In this document: in pieces, positions 1 to 8,178 of the stretch
Layout: each line of letters opens with the position of its first letter
Position numbering within the stretch: position 1 is the stretch's first letter
Position numbers and translations under genes: made by a program
Notes under the pieces: generated by a model
What the model saw: only the letters and a program-made list of their open reading frames with translations
Databases searched by the model: none
Told to the model about the DNA's origin: nothing
Assembly: GCF_001997385.1 (NCBI RefSeq)
Contig: NZ_CP019633.1
Location: forward strand, 2,430,001 to 2,462,000
From: Sedimentisphaera cyanobacteriorum
GTDB taxonomy: Bacteria > Planctomycetota > Phycisphaerae > Sedimentisphaerales > Sedimentisphaeraceae
Direction: 5' to 3'
Length of the DNA stretch: 32,000 nt

Positions 1-1563
1 ATAGCTGTCTTCGCTGTCTCCAATCGGCCTGTCCAGGCTTATTGGGTGTTTGGATATCTTGAGCACCCTTCTGGCTTCGTTTATTCCGATTTTCAGCTCT
101 TTGGCAATCTCTTCGATGGTGGGCTCGCGGCCCAGCCTCTGAAGCAGGTTCTTGCTTGCGGTTCTCAGCTTGCTCATTGTTTCGATCATATGCACGGGGA
201 TTCTGATTGTGCGCGAGTGGTCTGCGATGGCTCTGGTTATCGCCTGCCTTATCCACCAAGTGGCATAGGTGCTGAATTTGTATCCCCTGCGGTATTCGTA
301 TTTATCCACAGCGCGCATCAGGCCGGTGTTCCCTTCCTGTATTATATCCAGGAAGCTCAGGCCTCTGTTGCGGTATTTCTTTGCGATAGACACAACAAGC
401 CTTAGGTTTCCGCCTGAGAGGTCTCGCTTGGCGTTTTCGTATTCCCTGTAAACCATATCCACAGAGCGGAGCCGCTTTTCGAGCTGCTTGGGAGTTTCCT
501 TCACAAGCTCTATCATTCCGCGAAGCTCTTCAGTCATTGCCATAATGTCTTCTTCAAAGTAGTCTTTGCCCGGGCCTTCGGAGATGATTCTTTCAAGATT
601 TTTCATCTTCTTGAGAAGGCTGCCCAGCTTCCTCCTCATCGGGAGTATTTTGCTGGTTCTGAGGCTGAGTTCTTCAAGCAGGGTAGCGATCTTTCTGCGG
701 TTTCTCTGTATCTGCTTGTGCATAGCGAGTTTTTTGGATTTATCGCCGCTGTCGAGGGCCTCAAGGAACAGCTCGCTGTTTTTCTCGAGCAGCTTTTCCA
801 CTGTTTCAAGATTTTGGGGGAGTCTCTTTTTCACAACCGATCGAATCAGGTTCTCAGCGGTACTCATCTTCATTGTTCTGTCGAAAGGAAGGTCTCCGCT
901 TTCCACCTTTCTGAGTATGGAAACAGCCCTCCTTGCGGCATAGTCGCTTTCGAGCACCCTTCTCCTGAATGCCATTCTGGTAAGCTCAATCTTGCGAGCG
1001 AGGCTGATTTCCTGATCTCGTTTGAGAAGGGGTATCTCACCCATCTGGGAGAGATACATACGTACGGGGTCCTCGATTCTCTTGGCGTCCTGTTCAAGAA
1101 GAGCAGCACTGAACGGATCTACCTCTTCCTGCGCTTCAGGCTCCACTTCTTCAACCTCATCCTCTTCGAATCCCTCTGCGCCTATATCTACACCTTCTCC
1201 CTGCGTCCTTTGCACATCTTCCTCATCAAGGATTTGAACGCCCATTTCATCCAGGGTAACTAGCAAACCGTCGAGGCTGTTGGGCGAGATAGACTCATCA
1301 GGGAGCTCCTCATTCATCTCTTCATAGGTAAGATAGCCCTTCTTCCTGCCCTTTTTTATTATCTCACGGATTTTTTCTTCAATCAGCGTTTCATCCGGAA
1401 CGAGCTTAACAGGCACAGTTTCATGTGCACTGTCTTCGCTTTTCTGCTTCTGTTCGGCCTGCTTGAGTATCTCATCTGCAGCTGCACTGAGCTGTTCAGG
1501 GCTTGCATCCTGTTCGATAGGCTCATTTATATTCTTTTTTTTCTGTTTGCTTTTTTTTGCCAT
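1..1563 (-). CDS. rpoD: RNA polymerase primary sigma factor (sigma-70), C-terminal part cut off by the window edge
   Basis: Absent from the ORF track because there is no stop in the window. My translation of the minus strand from ATG 1563..1561 gives [10 protein letters not shown]..., an acidic N-terminal stretch, then [16 protein letters not shown] (region 1.2). It continues with [75 protein letters not shown] (region 2) and region 3. The frame stays open to position 1. It lies 9 nt downstream of dnaG, the classic dnaG-rpoD arrangement. Confidence 0.92.
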   Translation of the reverse strand, partial: MAKKSKQKKKNINEPIEQDASPEQLSAAADEILKQAEQKQKSEDSAHETVPVKLVPDETLIEEKIREIIKKGRKKGYLTYEEMNEELPDESISPNSLDGLLVTLDEMGVQILDEEDVQRTQGEGVDIGAEGFEEDEVEEVEPEAQEEVDPFSAALLEQDAKRIEDPVRMYLSQMGEIPLLKRDQEISLARKIELTRMAFRRRVLESDYAARRAVSILRKVESGDLPFDRTMKMSTAENLIRSVVKKRLPQNLETVEKLLEKNSELFLEALDSGDKSKKLAMHKQIQRNRRKIATLLEELSLRTSKILPMRRKLGSLLKKMKNLERIISEGPGKDYFEEDIMAMTEELRGMIELVKETPKQLEKRLRSVDMVYREYENAKRDLSGGNLRLVVSIAKKYRNRGLSFLDIIQEGNTGLMRAVDKYEYRRGYKFSTYATWWIRQAITRAIADHSRTIRIPVHMIETMSKLRTASKNLLQRLGREPTIEEIAKELKIGINEARRVLKISKHPISLDRPIGDSEDSY

Positions 1564-1572
1564 ATATTTCTC

Positions 1573-3363
1573 TTAAAACAACCCATTGCGAAGGTTCTTA
1601 TACCTGCTGTTTTCCTGTTTACTTCTTATATTTTCCAAATATTTATCTAATGATTCTGAATCCTCTTGTTCGCTGTCTGATTTATCAAAGTAAATCACTT
1701 CAGCAGCATCCTGAATCCTCTTTTCAAAGTTCTGTTTCTCATTTCCCGAATCAATCATTTCATTTACCAGCCTTATCTCTTTCTCATCAAGGCCGTTAAA
1801 AACAAGGGCGGTTTCTATCGAATCGCCTGATTCGGTTAGCGGGAAGATCTTTTCTGCAAGCTTCTTGAGCACCGGAACGGTGAAATCGTTCGGACAGATG
1901 CGATTTCTGATTTTTCCCGCACATCCCGGACTGCAAAGAAGCACCTCAAGGACTTCCCTCTCCGCTACAGATATATAGTCCCCGCCGGTATTAATTACAT
2001 CAACCGAGCGGTTTTTATCATGAAAAATCCTTTTTGAGCTGATATTTTTATAAATCATCTTATTCACCTGCTCCCTGCTTACGCCTGAAAGCGAGCAGAG
2101 CCGGTTAACTATCAGCCCCTTAGTTATATCATCAACCGAGCCGTTTTCGACAGCTTCGGAAAGAAATTTTACAAATTTTTCCACTAAAAACTTCCCGTCG
2201 GATATTCCGGAGGCCTCAAAATCAGCCTTTAGCTTCTGCCATTTCCATTTTATCCCGTCTTCTGCGGTATTTATAAGCTCAACAAATTTATCCCTTCCCT
2301 CAGAGAGAAGAAATTCGCACGGGTCCATCCCGCCTTCAATGATACAGATCTGAACATCCATACTCTCCCGAAGGCATACCTCAAGAGCCCTCTCAGCGGC
2401 GTTTATCCCCGCCTTGTCTCCGTCCAGCATAATCACCAGCCTGCGTGCATACCGCCTGAGCAGTTTTGCATGGCCTTCGGTGAAGCTCGTGCCCAAAGCA
2501 GCAGCCACATTGTCAATCCCGAACTGATGCGCCATCAGAACATCGGTATATCCCTCCACAAGCACAGAGCGGCCCTCGCGGACTATCCCGTGCCTTGCTT
2601 TGTCTATGCCGTATATGCTTCTGCTCTTATCGAAAACAGGAGTTACCGGCGAATTGATGTATTTGGCATTTTCATCCCCGAGAGTTCTGCCGCCGAAGCC
2701 GATTACGTTTCCGGAAGCATCGAAAATCGGAAACATCAGTCTGTCTCTGAAAGCATCGTAAAGACGTCCGGACTCTTCTCGTTTTTTGCATAGCCCCGCT
2801 TCAATCAGAAGTCTTTCGGAGATCCCTGCTGAAATTGCTGCGTCAGTAAGATTCCTCCAGCCCTCAGGAGCGCAGCCTACAGCCCAGGCCTTTGAAGCCT
2901 CCTCGCCTATCTGCCTTTCTTTGAGGTATTCACGTGCCTTCGCTCCCATCTCGCTTCTCTCAAGCACTCCGCGCCAGTAGTTAAGCGCCCATTTATTGGC
3001 CTTATAAACAAGCCCGCTTGGAGACTCGAAAACCTCTTTCTCTTCTGCCGGGGCCTTCTTTTCGCGCAGAGTAATCCCGGCGCGGTCTGCAAGCCGCTTA
3101 ACTGTTTCAGGAAAGCTCAGGCCTTCCCGCATCTGAATAAACGAAAAAATATCCCCGCCGGCACCGCAGGCAAAGCACTTAAACCTGCCTATCTCGGGAG
3201 TAACAGTAAGGCTTGGTTTGTGGTCATCGTGAAACGGACACAAACCGATAAAATTCCTGCCTTTCCTGTCAAGCTTGAGGTGTTCACCTACAACATCCTC
3301 AATAGAATTGCCGGGGGCATTTCGTATATCATCTATTATTTTGCTGTCGAAATAATAAGACAT
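1573..3363 (-). CDS. dnaG: DNA primase
   Basis: Zinc-finger motif CPFHDDHKPSLTVTPEIGRFKCFACGAGGD and TOPRIM motif VLVEGYTDVLMAHQFG, followed by MLDGDKAGINAA. The track ORF starts at TTG 3369; an ATG two codons downstream (3363) is the more likely start. Confidence 0.93.
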   Translation of the reverse strand: MSYYFDSKIIDDIRNAPGNSIEDVVGEHLKLDRKGRNFIGLCPFHDDHKPSLTVTPEIGRFKCFACGAGGDIFSFIQMREGLSFPETVKRLADRAGITLREKKAPAEEKEVFESPSGLVYKANKWALNYWRGVLERSEMGAKAREYLKERQIGEEASKAWAVGCAPEGWRNLTDAAISAGISERLLIEAGLCKKREESGRLYDAFRDRLMFPIFDASGNVIGFGGRTLGDENAKYINSPVTPVFDKSRSIYGIDKARHGIVREGRSVLVEGYTDVLMAHQFGIDNVAAALGTSFTEGHAKLLRRYARRLVIMLDGDKAGINAAERALEVCLRESMDVQICIIEGGMDPCEFLLSEGRDKFVELINTAEDGIKWKWQKLKADFEASGISDGKFLVEKFVKFLSEAVENGSVDDITKGLIVNRLCSLSGVSREQVNKMIYKNISSKRIFHDKNRSVDVINTGGDYISVAEREVLEVLLCSPGCAGKIRNRICPNDFTVPVLKKLAEKIFPLTESGDSIETALVFNGLDEKEIRLVNEMIDSGNEKQNFEKRIQDAAEVIYFDKSDSEQEDSESLDKYLENIRSKQENSRYKNLRNGLF

Positions 3364-3723
3364 TATCAAAGTTCTGTAATATTCTTTAAGCCCCTTGGTT
3401 TATACAACCGTAAAAGCAAAAAACAAAATAAACTGTATATGTACTGTTAAAGAGCAGGGGGAAAGGATTAAGCGGCTTGGACACTTAGTTTACTGAAACA
3501 TCGCCAGTATCACATCCCCTCTACTATAATAATTGCACAATGAGGGCAATTTTTACACAAAAATTTATTAACGTCCCAAAGTTTGTGGGTTCTGTACTTT
3601 TATAGTCTTTAGAGCAAGCATTACATTGTCCAATAACCTCAGTTTTTCGTGCCAGTATTTTTCCCATTGATTTTCTGAAGTAAATCTCTTAATGATAATT
3701 CTGGCTATCTTTGCCGCTCCTTC

Positions 3724-3738
3724 CTGACTTCGGCGGTA
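3724..3738 (+). repeat. Left terminal inverted repeat of the IS
   Basis: CTGACTTCGGCGGTA is the exact reverse complement of 5579..5593. Confidence 0.85.
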
Positions 3739-3831
3739 TGATTGTGGAAAACTCTGCAAAAAGTGGGTTTTGAGGCTGTTATGAGGGTTTGTTAAGTTCG
3801 GTTCGCTCGTAGTGCCTAATTTTTTATTTTT

Positions 3832-3859
3832 TTGACACAATGTTTTGATTTCGTATAAT
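3832..3859 (+). promoter_or_regulatory. Consensus sigma-70-type promoter inside the IS driving the transposase
   Basis: TTGACA (3832..3837), a 16-nt spacer, then TATAAT (3854..3859). The transposase ATG at 3868 lies only 8 nt after the -10 element, which implies a leaderless or near-leaderless mRNA. Confidence 0.55.
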
Positions 3860-3867
3860 CTGCATTT

Positions 3868-5490
3868 ATGTTTATACGAGTAAAGACATCAAAAAACAGT
3901 CCGAAGCAGTCGGTACAGATTGTAGAGAGTTATCGCAACGAGAAGAACCAGCCTCGTCAGCGTATAGTTCGTCATCTCGGCACAGCCTTCACAGAAGAAG
4001 AGCTTAAGCGGCTCAAGGATTTTGCCGAATTCGAGAAGGCCAAGCTTGAGGCCGAGAAAACGCCGGCACTTTTCAAGCCTGAGCATCTTGCAGAAGCTGC
4101 AATAGATGCCCGCAAAAACATTGATGATAAGCCTTTGCGGGTCAATCTAAAGAATCTCAGGGAACAGGCACGCATAACTACAGGCATCCATGAGGTATTC
4201 GGCAGCATCTACAATGAGCTTGGCTTTAACAATCTTTTCGATAGACGCAAAGAGTCTGCAGGCAAAAACCTTCGTCATATCACAATGGCAAGGCTTGCAA
4301 ACCCAGTGAGCAAACGCAGCAGCGTTCAGGATCTCTCCAAAGACTTCGGCATTAACCTTTCTTTAGACAGCGTTTACCGTATGATGGATAATATCACAGA
4401 TGATATTATCAGCAAGGCTCAAAACTGTGCTCACGGTGCTGCTAAAGGCCTTCTCGGCGAAGAGATAAGTCTTCTTTTCTACGACTGCACCACGCTTTAT
4501 TTTGAATCATTTACAGAAGATGAGCTCAAAAAGAACGGCTACAGCAAGGATATGAAGTTCAATCAGCCGCAGGTTGTCCTTGGTCTTCTGTCCACATCAG
4601 AAGGGCTTCCAGTAGGTTATGAGGTATTCCCCGGCAATCAGTATGAAGGGCATACGCTGCATACTGTAATCCCTAAGATCAAAGAGAAATACAACCTCAA
4701 GCGTGTTATCTTCACCGCAGACAGCGCAATGCTTAGCAAGGCTAATCTTGATTACCTTGAAAAGCAGGGAGTTGAGTATATTGTGGCAGCGAGGCTTAAA
4801 AGCCTCACTGATAAATGGAAAGCAAAGGTTACAGAATCCAATGCCCCGCTTAGAAGCTTTGATTACGGCAAAGATACAAGGCTTATTGTTACCTACAGCG
4901 ATAAACTCGCTAAAAAGAATAAGCACGACAGGGATGAAGCTATAAGAAAGCTCCAGGAGAAGCTTGAAAAGAGCAGCAACCCCAAATCACTTATAAGCAA
5001 CTACGGCTACAAGAAGTTTATGCGTGTTACCGGCGATATAGATTGCCGGATAGATGAAGAGAAATATGAAGAGGCTGCGAATTTTGATGGTCTTCACGGT
5101 GTTATAACGAATGTTAAGGATATGGATGATTCGGCTGTAGTAGATCATTACAGGCAGCTCTGGCTGATTGAAGAGTGCTTCAGGATAAGCAAGCACGATC
5201 TGAAGATACGGCCGATATACCACTGGACGCCGAAACGAATCAAAGCCCATATACTGATATGCTTTATCGCTCTAACCTGCGCGAGAAATCTGGCCTACAG
5301 GGTTCGGCTGAGATTTGAGCCGATGTCTGTGGCGAGGATTGTAAATTCGCTCAACCACGTGCAGCTGAGCATACTCTGGGATAAGAAAACAGAGTGCAGA
5401 TATGTCCTGCCATCAAAGATTAACGAGGACGCAAGAAAACTCTATAAAACAGTTAATCTCAGCACCAATACAACGCCTTACAAAATGTAA
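3868..5490 (+). CDS. IS1634-family DDE transposase
   Basis: The N-terminus MFIRVKTSKNSPKQSVQIVESYRNEKNQPRQRIVRHLG is typical of IS1634-type transposases. DDE-type blocks are LLFYDCTTLYFES, VIFTADSAMLS and WLIEECFRISKHDLKIRPIYHW. Confidence 0.9.
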   Translation: MFIRVKTSKNSPKQSVQIVESYRNEKNQPRQRIVRHLGTAFTEEELKRLKDFAEFEKAKLEAEKTPALFKPEHLAEAAIDARKNIDDKPLRVNLKNLREQARITTGIHEVFGSIYNELGFNNLFDRRKESAGKNLRHITMARLANPVSKRSSVQDLSKDFGINLSLDSVYRMMDNITDDIISKAQNCAHGAAKGLLGEEISLLFYDCTTLYFESFTEDELKKNGYSKDMKFNQPQVVLGLLSTSEGLPVGYEVFPGNQYEGHTLHTVIPKIKEKYNLKRVIFTADSAMLSKANLDYLEKQGVEYIVAARLKSLTDKWKAKVTESNAPLRSFDYGKDTRLIVTYSDKLAKKNKHDRDEAIRKLQEKLEKSSNPKSLISNYGYKKFMRVTGDIDCRIDEEKYEEAANFDGLHGVITNVKDMDDSAVVDHYRQLWLIEECFRISKHDLKIRPIYHWTPKRIKAHILICFIALTCARNLAYRVRLRFEPMSVARIVNSLNHVQLSILWDKKTECRYVLPSKINEDARKLYKTVNLSTNTTPYKM

Positions 5491-5578
5491 TTTCACCCGC
5501 CGAAAAACCTTCCGAAATAGGTTTTGTAGTGCCTGCGCAAAAAATCGAGTCCTTTATTGACAAGGACTTATGAAAATT

Positions 5579-5593
5579 TACCGCCGAAGTCAG
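5579..5593 (-). repeat. Right terminal inverted repeat of the IS
   Basis: TACCGCCGAAGTCAG is the exact reverse complement of 3724..3738. Confidence 0.85.
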
Positions 5594-5977
5594 AAAAAAA
5601 ACACATTTTCCGCATCAGAATAAAATTATGTATTGCGCAGCAACTTAGCTGCCGGCAGAGAGCCCCCCCATTTATGTGCCTGTACCCCTCCAAATGTAAA
5701 TGCAATTTACAATAACGGAGGAAGATGTTGTTATATTATATAAAAACTCTGTGTAATCTGTTGATTAAATATTTCCCCTGCGTCTGTGCGGACAGACTCG
5801 GCTTTAAAAAGCTTTGCCAAAAATATTCTCGCACACTCTGCGGTTTAGCCTGCGATGAAATATTGACAAACTAATCTGAAGCTTTAATTTGAAACCAGTA
5901 AGCTAATTGATTATACTTAACATACAGGGGAAAGCCAAAATTGGCAACTACTAGCAACTGGGATGCAGAACAATATT

Positions 5978-5990
5978 GTAACTGTCCCCC
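5978..5990 (-). repeat. Copy A of the AGGGGACAGTTACC motif (reads GGGGGACAGTTAC on the minus strand)
   Basis: GTAACTGTCCCCC lies 20 nt beyond the esterase stop codon. The shared flank AACAAT(A/TA)TTG is also present next to copy D. Confidence 0.6.
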
Positions 5991-6010
5991 ATTTCCAGAC
6001 GAATTTTCTT

Positions 6011-6931
6011 CTATTCATTTTTGTCCCTTTTGATCTGGTCAAAAGCTTTGGTGATAAAATCGAGCATTATCGGCATTGCATTTTTTTGAGTTTTCCGGCT
6101 CTGATAAAAGAAGCCGTGTCCCAGGCCTTCGAAAAGTTCGATTTGTACATGGGAGCCATTTTGCTTTAAGGCTTTTGCAAACCTGATGGCCTGTTGACAA
6201 TCTATGGTAGTGTCAGCGGTTCCATGCATAAGCAAAACGCGGGGAGGTTTTTGGTGGATGTTATAAATTGCGGAGGCGTTTTTTTTGTCTTTGAGGGTTT
6301 CTATGCCGTAATTTTCACATGTTTTGCCGAATCTGCCCTGGCCTATGTCAACCAGATCATAGAGGCCGCAAAGTCCCACGTAAACTTTGATGTCGGGATT
6401 TTTCTGGGCAAATGTGGAGGAAAGCTGCGCGCCGGCCGAACCCCCTGCCATTGCGATTCTGTTTTTATCGAAACCATAGGTTTGGGCATTATGTTTTACC
6501 CATCTGAGAGCGTCGGCGATATCGGAGGTTGCCCTATCGAACTGGCCTGTTTCAATCTTTTTGGCGTGGCGATCATTTTTCCAGTCGTAGAGTCTGTAGT
6601 CGATACTGACTACTGAGATACCCTTTTGGGCAAGTTCAAGAGCTTTTTGTTTTTCACCTGTGCGTGAGCCCGCAACCCATCCGCCGCCGTGAACCCAGAT
6701 TATGACGGGTCGTTTAGTTTGTTTTTTGCCTTTTGGCCAATAGATGTCTGCGGCAAGTTCGAGTGAGCCGATCTTTTTGTAGATAACAGTATCAAGGCAG
6801 ACGTTGTCATTTAAAACCTGAACGCCTTCAATAACCGGCTGATATTTTAATTTGCGGCCAGGTTTTGAGTAAACCGGGGTCATTAAAAAAAGGATTGTTA
6901 TCAGCAAGAGAGTTTTATTGATAATGCCCAT
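6011..6931 (-). CDS. Secreted alpha/beta-hydrolase (carboxylesterase/lipase-like, HGGG type)
   Basis: N-terminal hydrophobic signal-like segment LLLITILFLMTPVYS. Oxyanion motif WVHGGGW, nucleophile elbow GGSAGA (GxSxG), and the later HGTADTTID and GLGHGF for the Asp/His pair. It ends with TAG. Confidence 0.75.
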   Translation of the reverse strand: MGIINKTLLLITILFLMTPVYSKPGRKLKYQPVIEGVQVLNDNVCLDTVIYKKIGSLELAADIYWPKGKKQTKRPVIIWVHGGGWVAGSRTGEKQKALELAQKGISVVSIDYRLYDWKNDRHAKKIETGQFDRATSDIADALRWVKHNAQTYGFDKNRIAMAGGSAGAQLSSTFAQKNPDIKVYVGLCGLYDLVDIGQGRFGKTCENYGIETLKDKKNASAIYNIHQKPPRVLLMHGTADTTIDCQQAIRFAKALKQNGSHVQIELFEGLGHGFFYQSRKTQKNAMPIMLDFITKAFDQIKRDKNE

Positions 6932-7026
6932 GTGATTCCTTCAAAAAACTAAAGTTGTATATGCATATTAAATTTCACAAACATCTCATAGAAGAGCAAA
7001 ATACAAGATGTTTCTTTAAAATCAGC

Positions 7027-7040
7027 GGGGTATGAGTTAC
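7027..7040 (+). repeat. Possible degenerate fifth copy of the motif (GGGGTATGAGTTAC)
   Basis: Shares GGGG...GTTAC with the motif, with a 2-nt longer centre. It sits 41 nt upstream of the IS4-like stub ATG, where a left IS end would be expected. Confidence 0.25.
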
Positions 7041-7080
7041 ACTAATTTTTCAGTCTAATTAAACAAATTAAGAGTAACCC

Positions 7081-7218
7081 ATGACACCCGCCAAACATCA
7101 ATATATAATTCTTAAGCAAATATGCAAACATTTTACCGCTCATCTTGTCTCAAAATTGTCTCACTCTTTCAAAATAGGGGACAGCATTTACGGACAGAGC
7201 CAGCGGTTCGCTGCTTAA
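7081..7218 (+). pseudogene. Possible N-terminal stub of an IS4-family transposase (only about 30-35 codons recognisable)
   Basis: My translation is MTPAKHQYIILKQICKHFTAHLVSKLSHSFKIGD... From memory, this resembles the conserved N-terminus (ILxQICxxIPxHLVxKLAxxHGVD) of IS4-type transposases common in PVC bacteria. Similarity stops at the motif copy at 7176, and a stop follows at 7216. Confidence 0.3.
7176..7184 (+). repeat. Copy B of the motif (truncated: AGGGGACAG)
   Basis: AAAATAGGGGACAG (7171..7184) forms a 13/14 direct repeat with AAAACAGGGGACAG (7348..7361). The two bracket the GC-rich island. Confidence 0.5.
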
Positions 7219-7352
7219 TAATGCAGCGTCGTACAGCGGTGTTCGCCGTGGCGGACCCGCTAGGATAGCGAAACGTGAAGAGCCGGCAGTAAGCGAAAAA
7301 TCTTTTCGAAAAGAATGCCAGCGGGCGACTTGCGTCGCGCCGCTGTAAAAAC
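7185..7352. ncRNA. GC-rich, stem-rich non-coding island (candidate structured RNA or mobile-element relic; strand unknown)
   Basis: Stops occur in all frames and GC rises sharply against AT-rich flanks. The long-range helix TACAGCGG (7232..7239) / CCGCTGTA (7340..7347) encloses a second helix, TCGCC..TGG (7243..7251) / CCA..GGCGA (7318..7328). Local hairpins are CGCTGC-N8-GCAGCG (7209..7228), CGCTA-GGA-TAGCG, CGAAAA-ATC-TTTTCG and GCGAC-TTGC-GTCGC. Confidence 0.3.
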
Positions 7353-7636
7353 AGGGGACAGTTACCTATTTTTAATAGTAAAAAGCTTTATAAAATAATG
7401 AGATAGGGAATTGGCCGGCATAAGAATTTGGTTGAGATGAGACGGCAAGTGGTTCGTCAAGAGCAGCTGCCGCTCAACAAGCATATTTGCTCGGTTTAAA
7501 GCCTTGGTGAAGCAATTACACAGAAAAAAACTGTCGAGTAAAAGCCTGTGAACAATCAGAAATTGGTTTTCTAAAAAATAATCAAAGAAGCTGAAAACTC
7601 ACATCAGTTGAAAACAATTATTGGTAACTGTCCCCT
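7353..7636. mobile_element. MITE-like 284-bp non-coding element bounded by perfect 14-bp inverted repeats
   Basis: AGGGGACAGTTACC at 7353..7366 and its exact reverse complement GGTAACTGTCCCCT at 7623..7636. The interior is AT-rich and has no ORF of note. Confidence 0.45.
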
Positions 7637-7643
7637 ATTAAAA

Positions 7644-8063
7644 TTAAATTTTTAACGTTTTTATAAAGTCCCTGATCTCATCCCGCACTTTTCTGTAGCA
7701 GTCGAGCTTGAGGTCTTGGTAGTTGTATGCAGAGGCCATAGCTGGGGGATCCGGAAAGCTCTTATGAATAACCTTCACTGCCCCCGGAAACACCGGGCAG
7801 CTCTCTTTCGCATTATCGCAAAGTGTTACTATCAGATCAAATCTCTGCTCAAGAAAAATCTCAAGGGATTTTGAGCTGAGCAGCTGCGTTCCCAGCCCTG
7901 CCTCTTCCATCGCATCGACAGCAAAAGGGTCTATCCCTTTCGGGCTCAGGCCTGCGGAGAACGGCTCAATCGTTTCAGATTTGAGCTCCCTTGCCCAAGC
8001 CTCTGCCATCTGACTGCGACACGAATTACCCGTGCACAGAAAAAGAACTTTCTTTTTCGCCAT
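7644..8063 (-). CDS. arsC: Arsenate reductase, thioredoxin-coupled LMW-PTP type
   Basis: The CX5R P-loop LFLCTGNSCRSQMAEAW plus the second cysteine pair in VTLCDNAKESCPVFPG (C-X7-C spacing as in Gram-positive ArsC). The track ORF begins at TTG 8099; I prefer ATG 8063 (MAKKKVLFLC). Confidence 0.75.
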   Translation of the reverse strand: MAKKKVLFLCTGNSCRSQMAEAWARELKSETIEPFSAGLSPKGIDPFAVDAMEEAGLGTQLLSSKSLEIFLEQRFDLIVTLCDNAKESCPVFPGAVKVIHKSFPDPPAMASAYNYQDLKLDCYRKVRDEIRDFIKTLKI

Positions 8064-8178
8064 TGGTTTTCTCTCTCTATATTTTCTGTAAAATCCCAAA
8101 AAGCCGTAAACAGGGCATCAAGCCCCTGAAGAATGCTCAAACAAGAGCTGCCCGGGCAGCTAAAAAAATAAATCTGTC

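Larger units (their letters stand above)
3724..5593 (+). mobile_element. IS1634-family (IS4-related) insertion sequence, apparently intact, about 1.87 kb
   Basis: A single 540-aa DDE transposase is bounded by perfect 15-bp terminal inverted repeats: CTGACTTCGGCGGTA at 3724..3738 and TACCGCCGAAGTCAG at 5579..5593. The match extends imperfectly by about 3 nt outward. There is an internal consensus promoter. I could not see an obvious target-site duplication in the flanks. Confidence 0.85.

Noticed and set aside
3370-3450. Possible dnaG promoter (TTGTAT-17-GAATAT on the minus strand)
   Set aside because: Only 3 of 6 positions match in the -10 element and there is no supporting feature. It is too weak to annotate without transcript data.
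3568-3840. 90-aa minus-strand ORF running across the left end of the IS
   Set aside because: It crosses the IS terminal repeat at 3724..3738, so it is a chimera of IS and flanking DNA. Joining the flank to the sequence beyond the right IS end does not restore a long ORF, because a stop appears within about 15 codons. The flank-encoded part (IKRFTSENQ...) has only a faint resemblance to the C-terminus of IS4-type transposases, too weak to call.
7185-7352. GC-rich island as a riboswitch or as tRNA/tmRNA/SRP/RNase P RNA
   Set aside because: No gene follows it on the plus strand, and about 250 nt of IS debris separate it from the esterase start on the minus strand. I could not find any of the conserved cores: T-loop GTTCRAATC, SRP GGAA loop region, RNase P GAGGAAAGTCC, B12 box, or the TPP, ZTP or guanidine motifs.
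5978-7636. Repeated 14-nt motif as a CRISPR array
   Set aside because: There are only four to five copies, in mixed orientation with very unequal spacing (about 180 to about 1200 nt). The repeat is too short and no cas genes are present.
8146-8161. Perfect 16-nt palindrome AGCTGCCCGGGCAGCT between argS and arsC, considered as a terminator
   Set aside because: On the transcribed (minus) strand the T-run precedes rather than follows the hairpin, and on the plus strand it is followed by A7. It is therefore not a canonical intrinsic terminator. It shares CCGGGCAGCT with the cassette terminator at 17451..17460, but 10 nt is within chance expectation.
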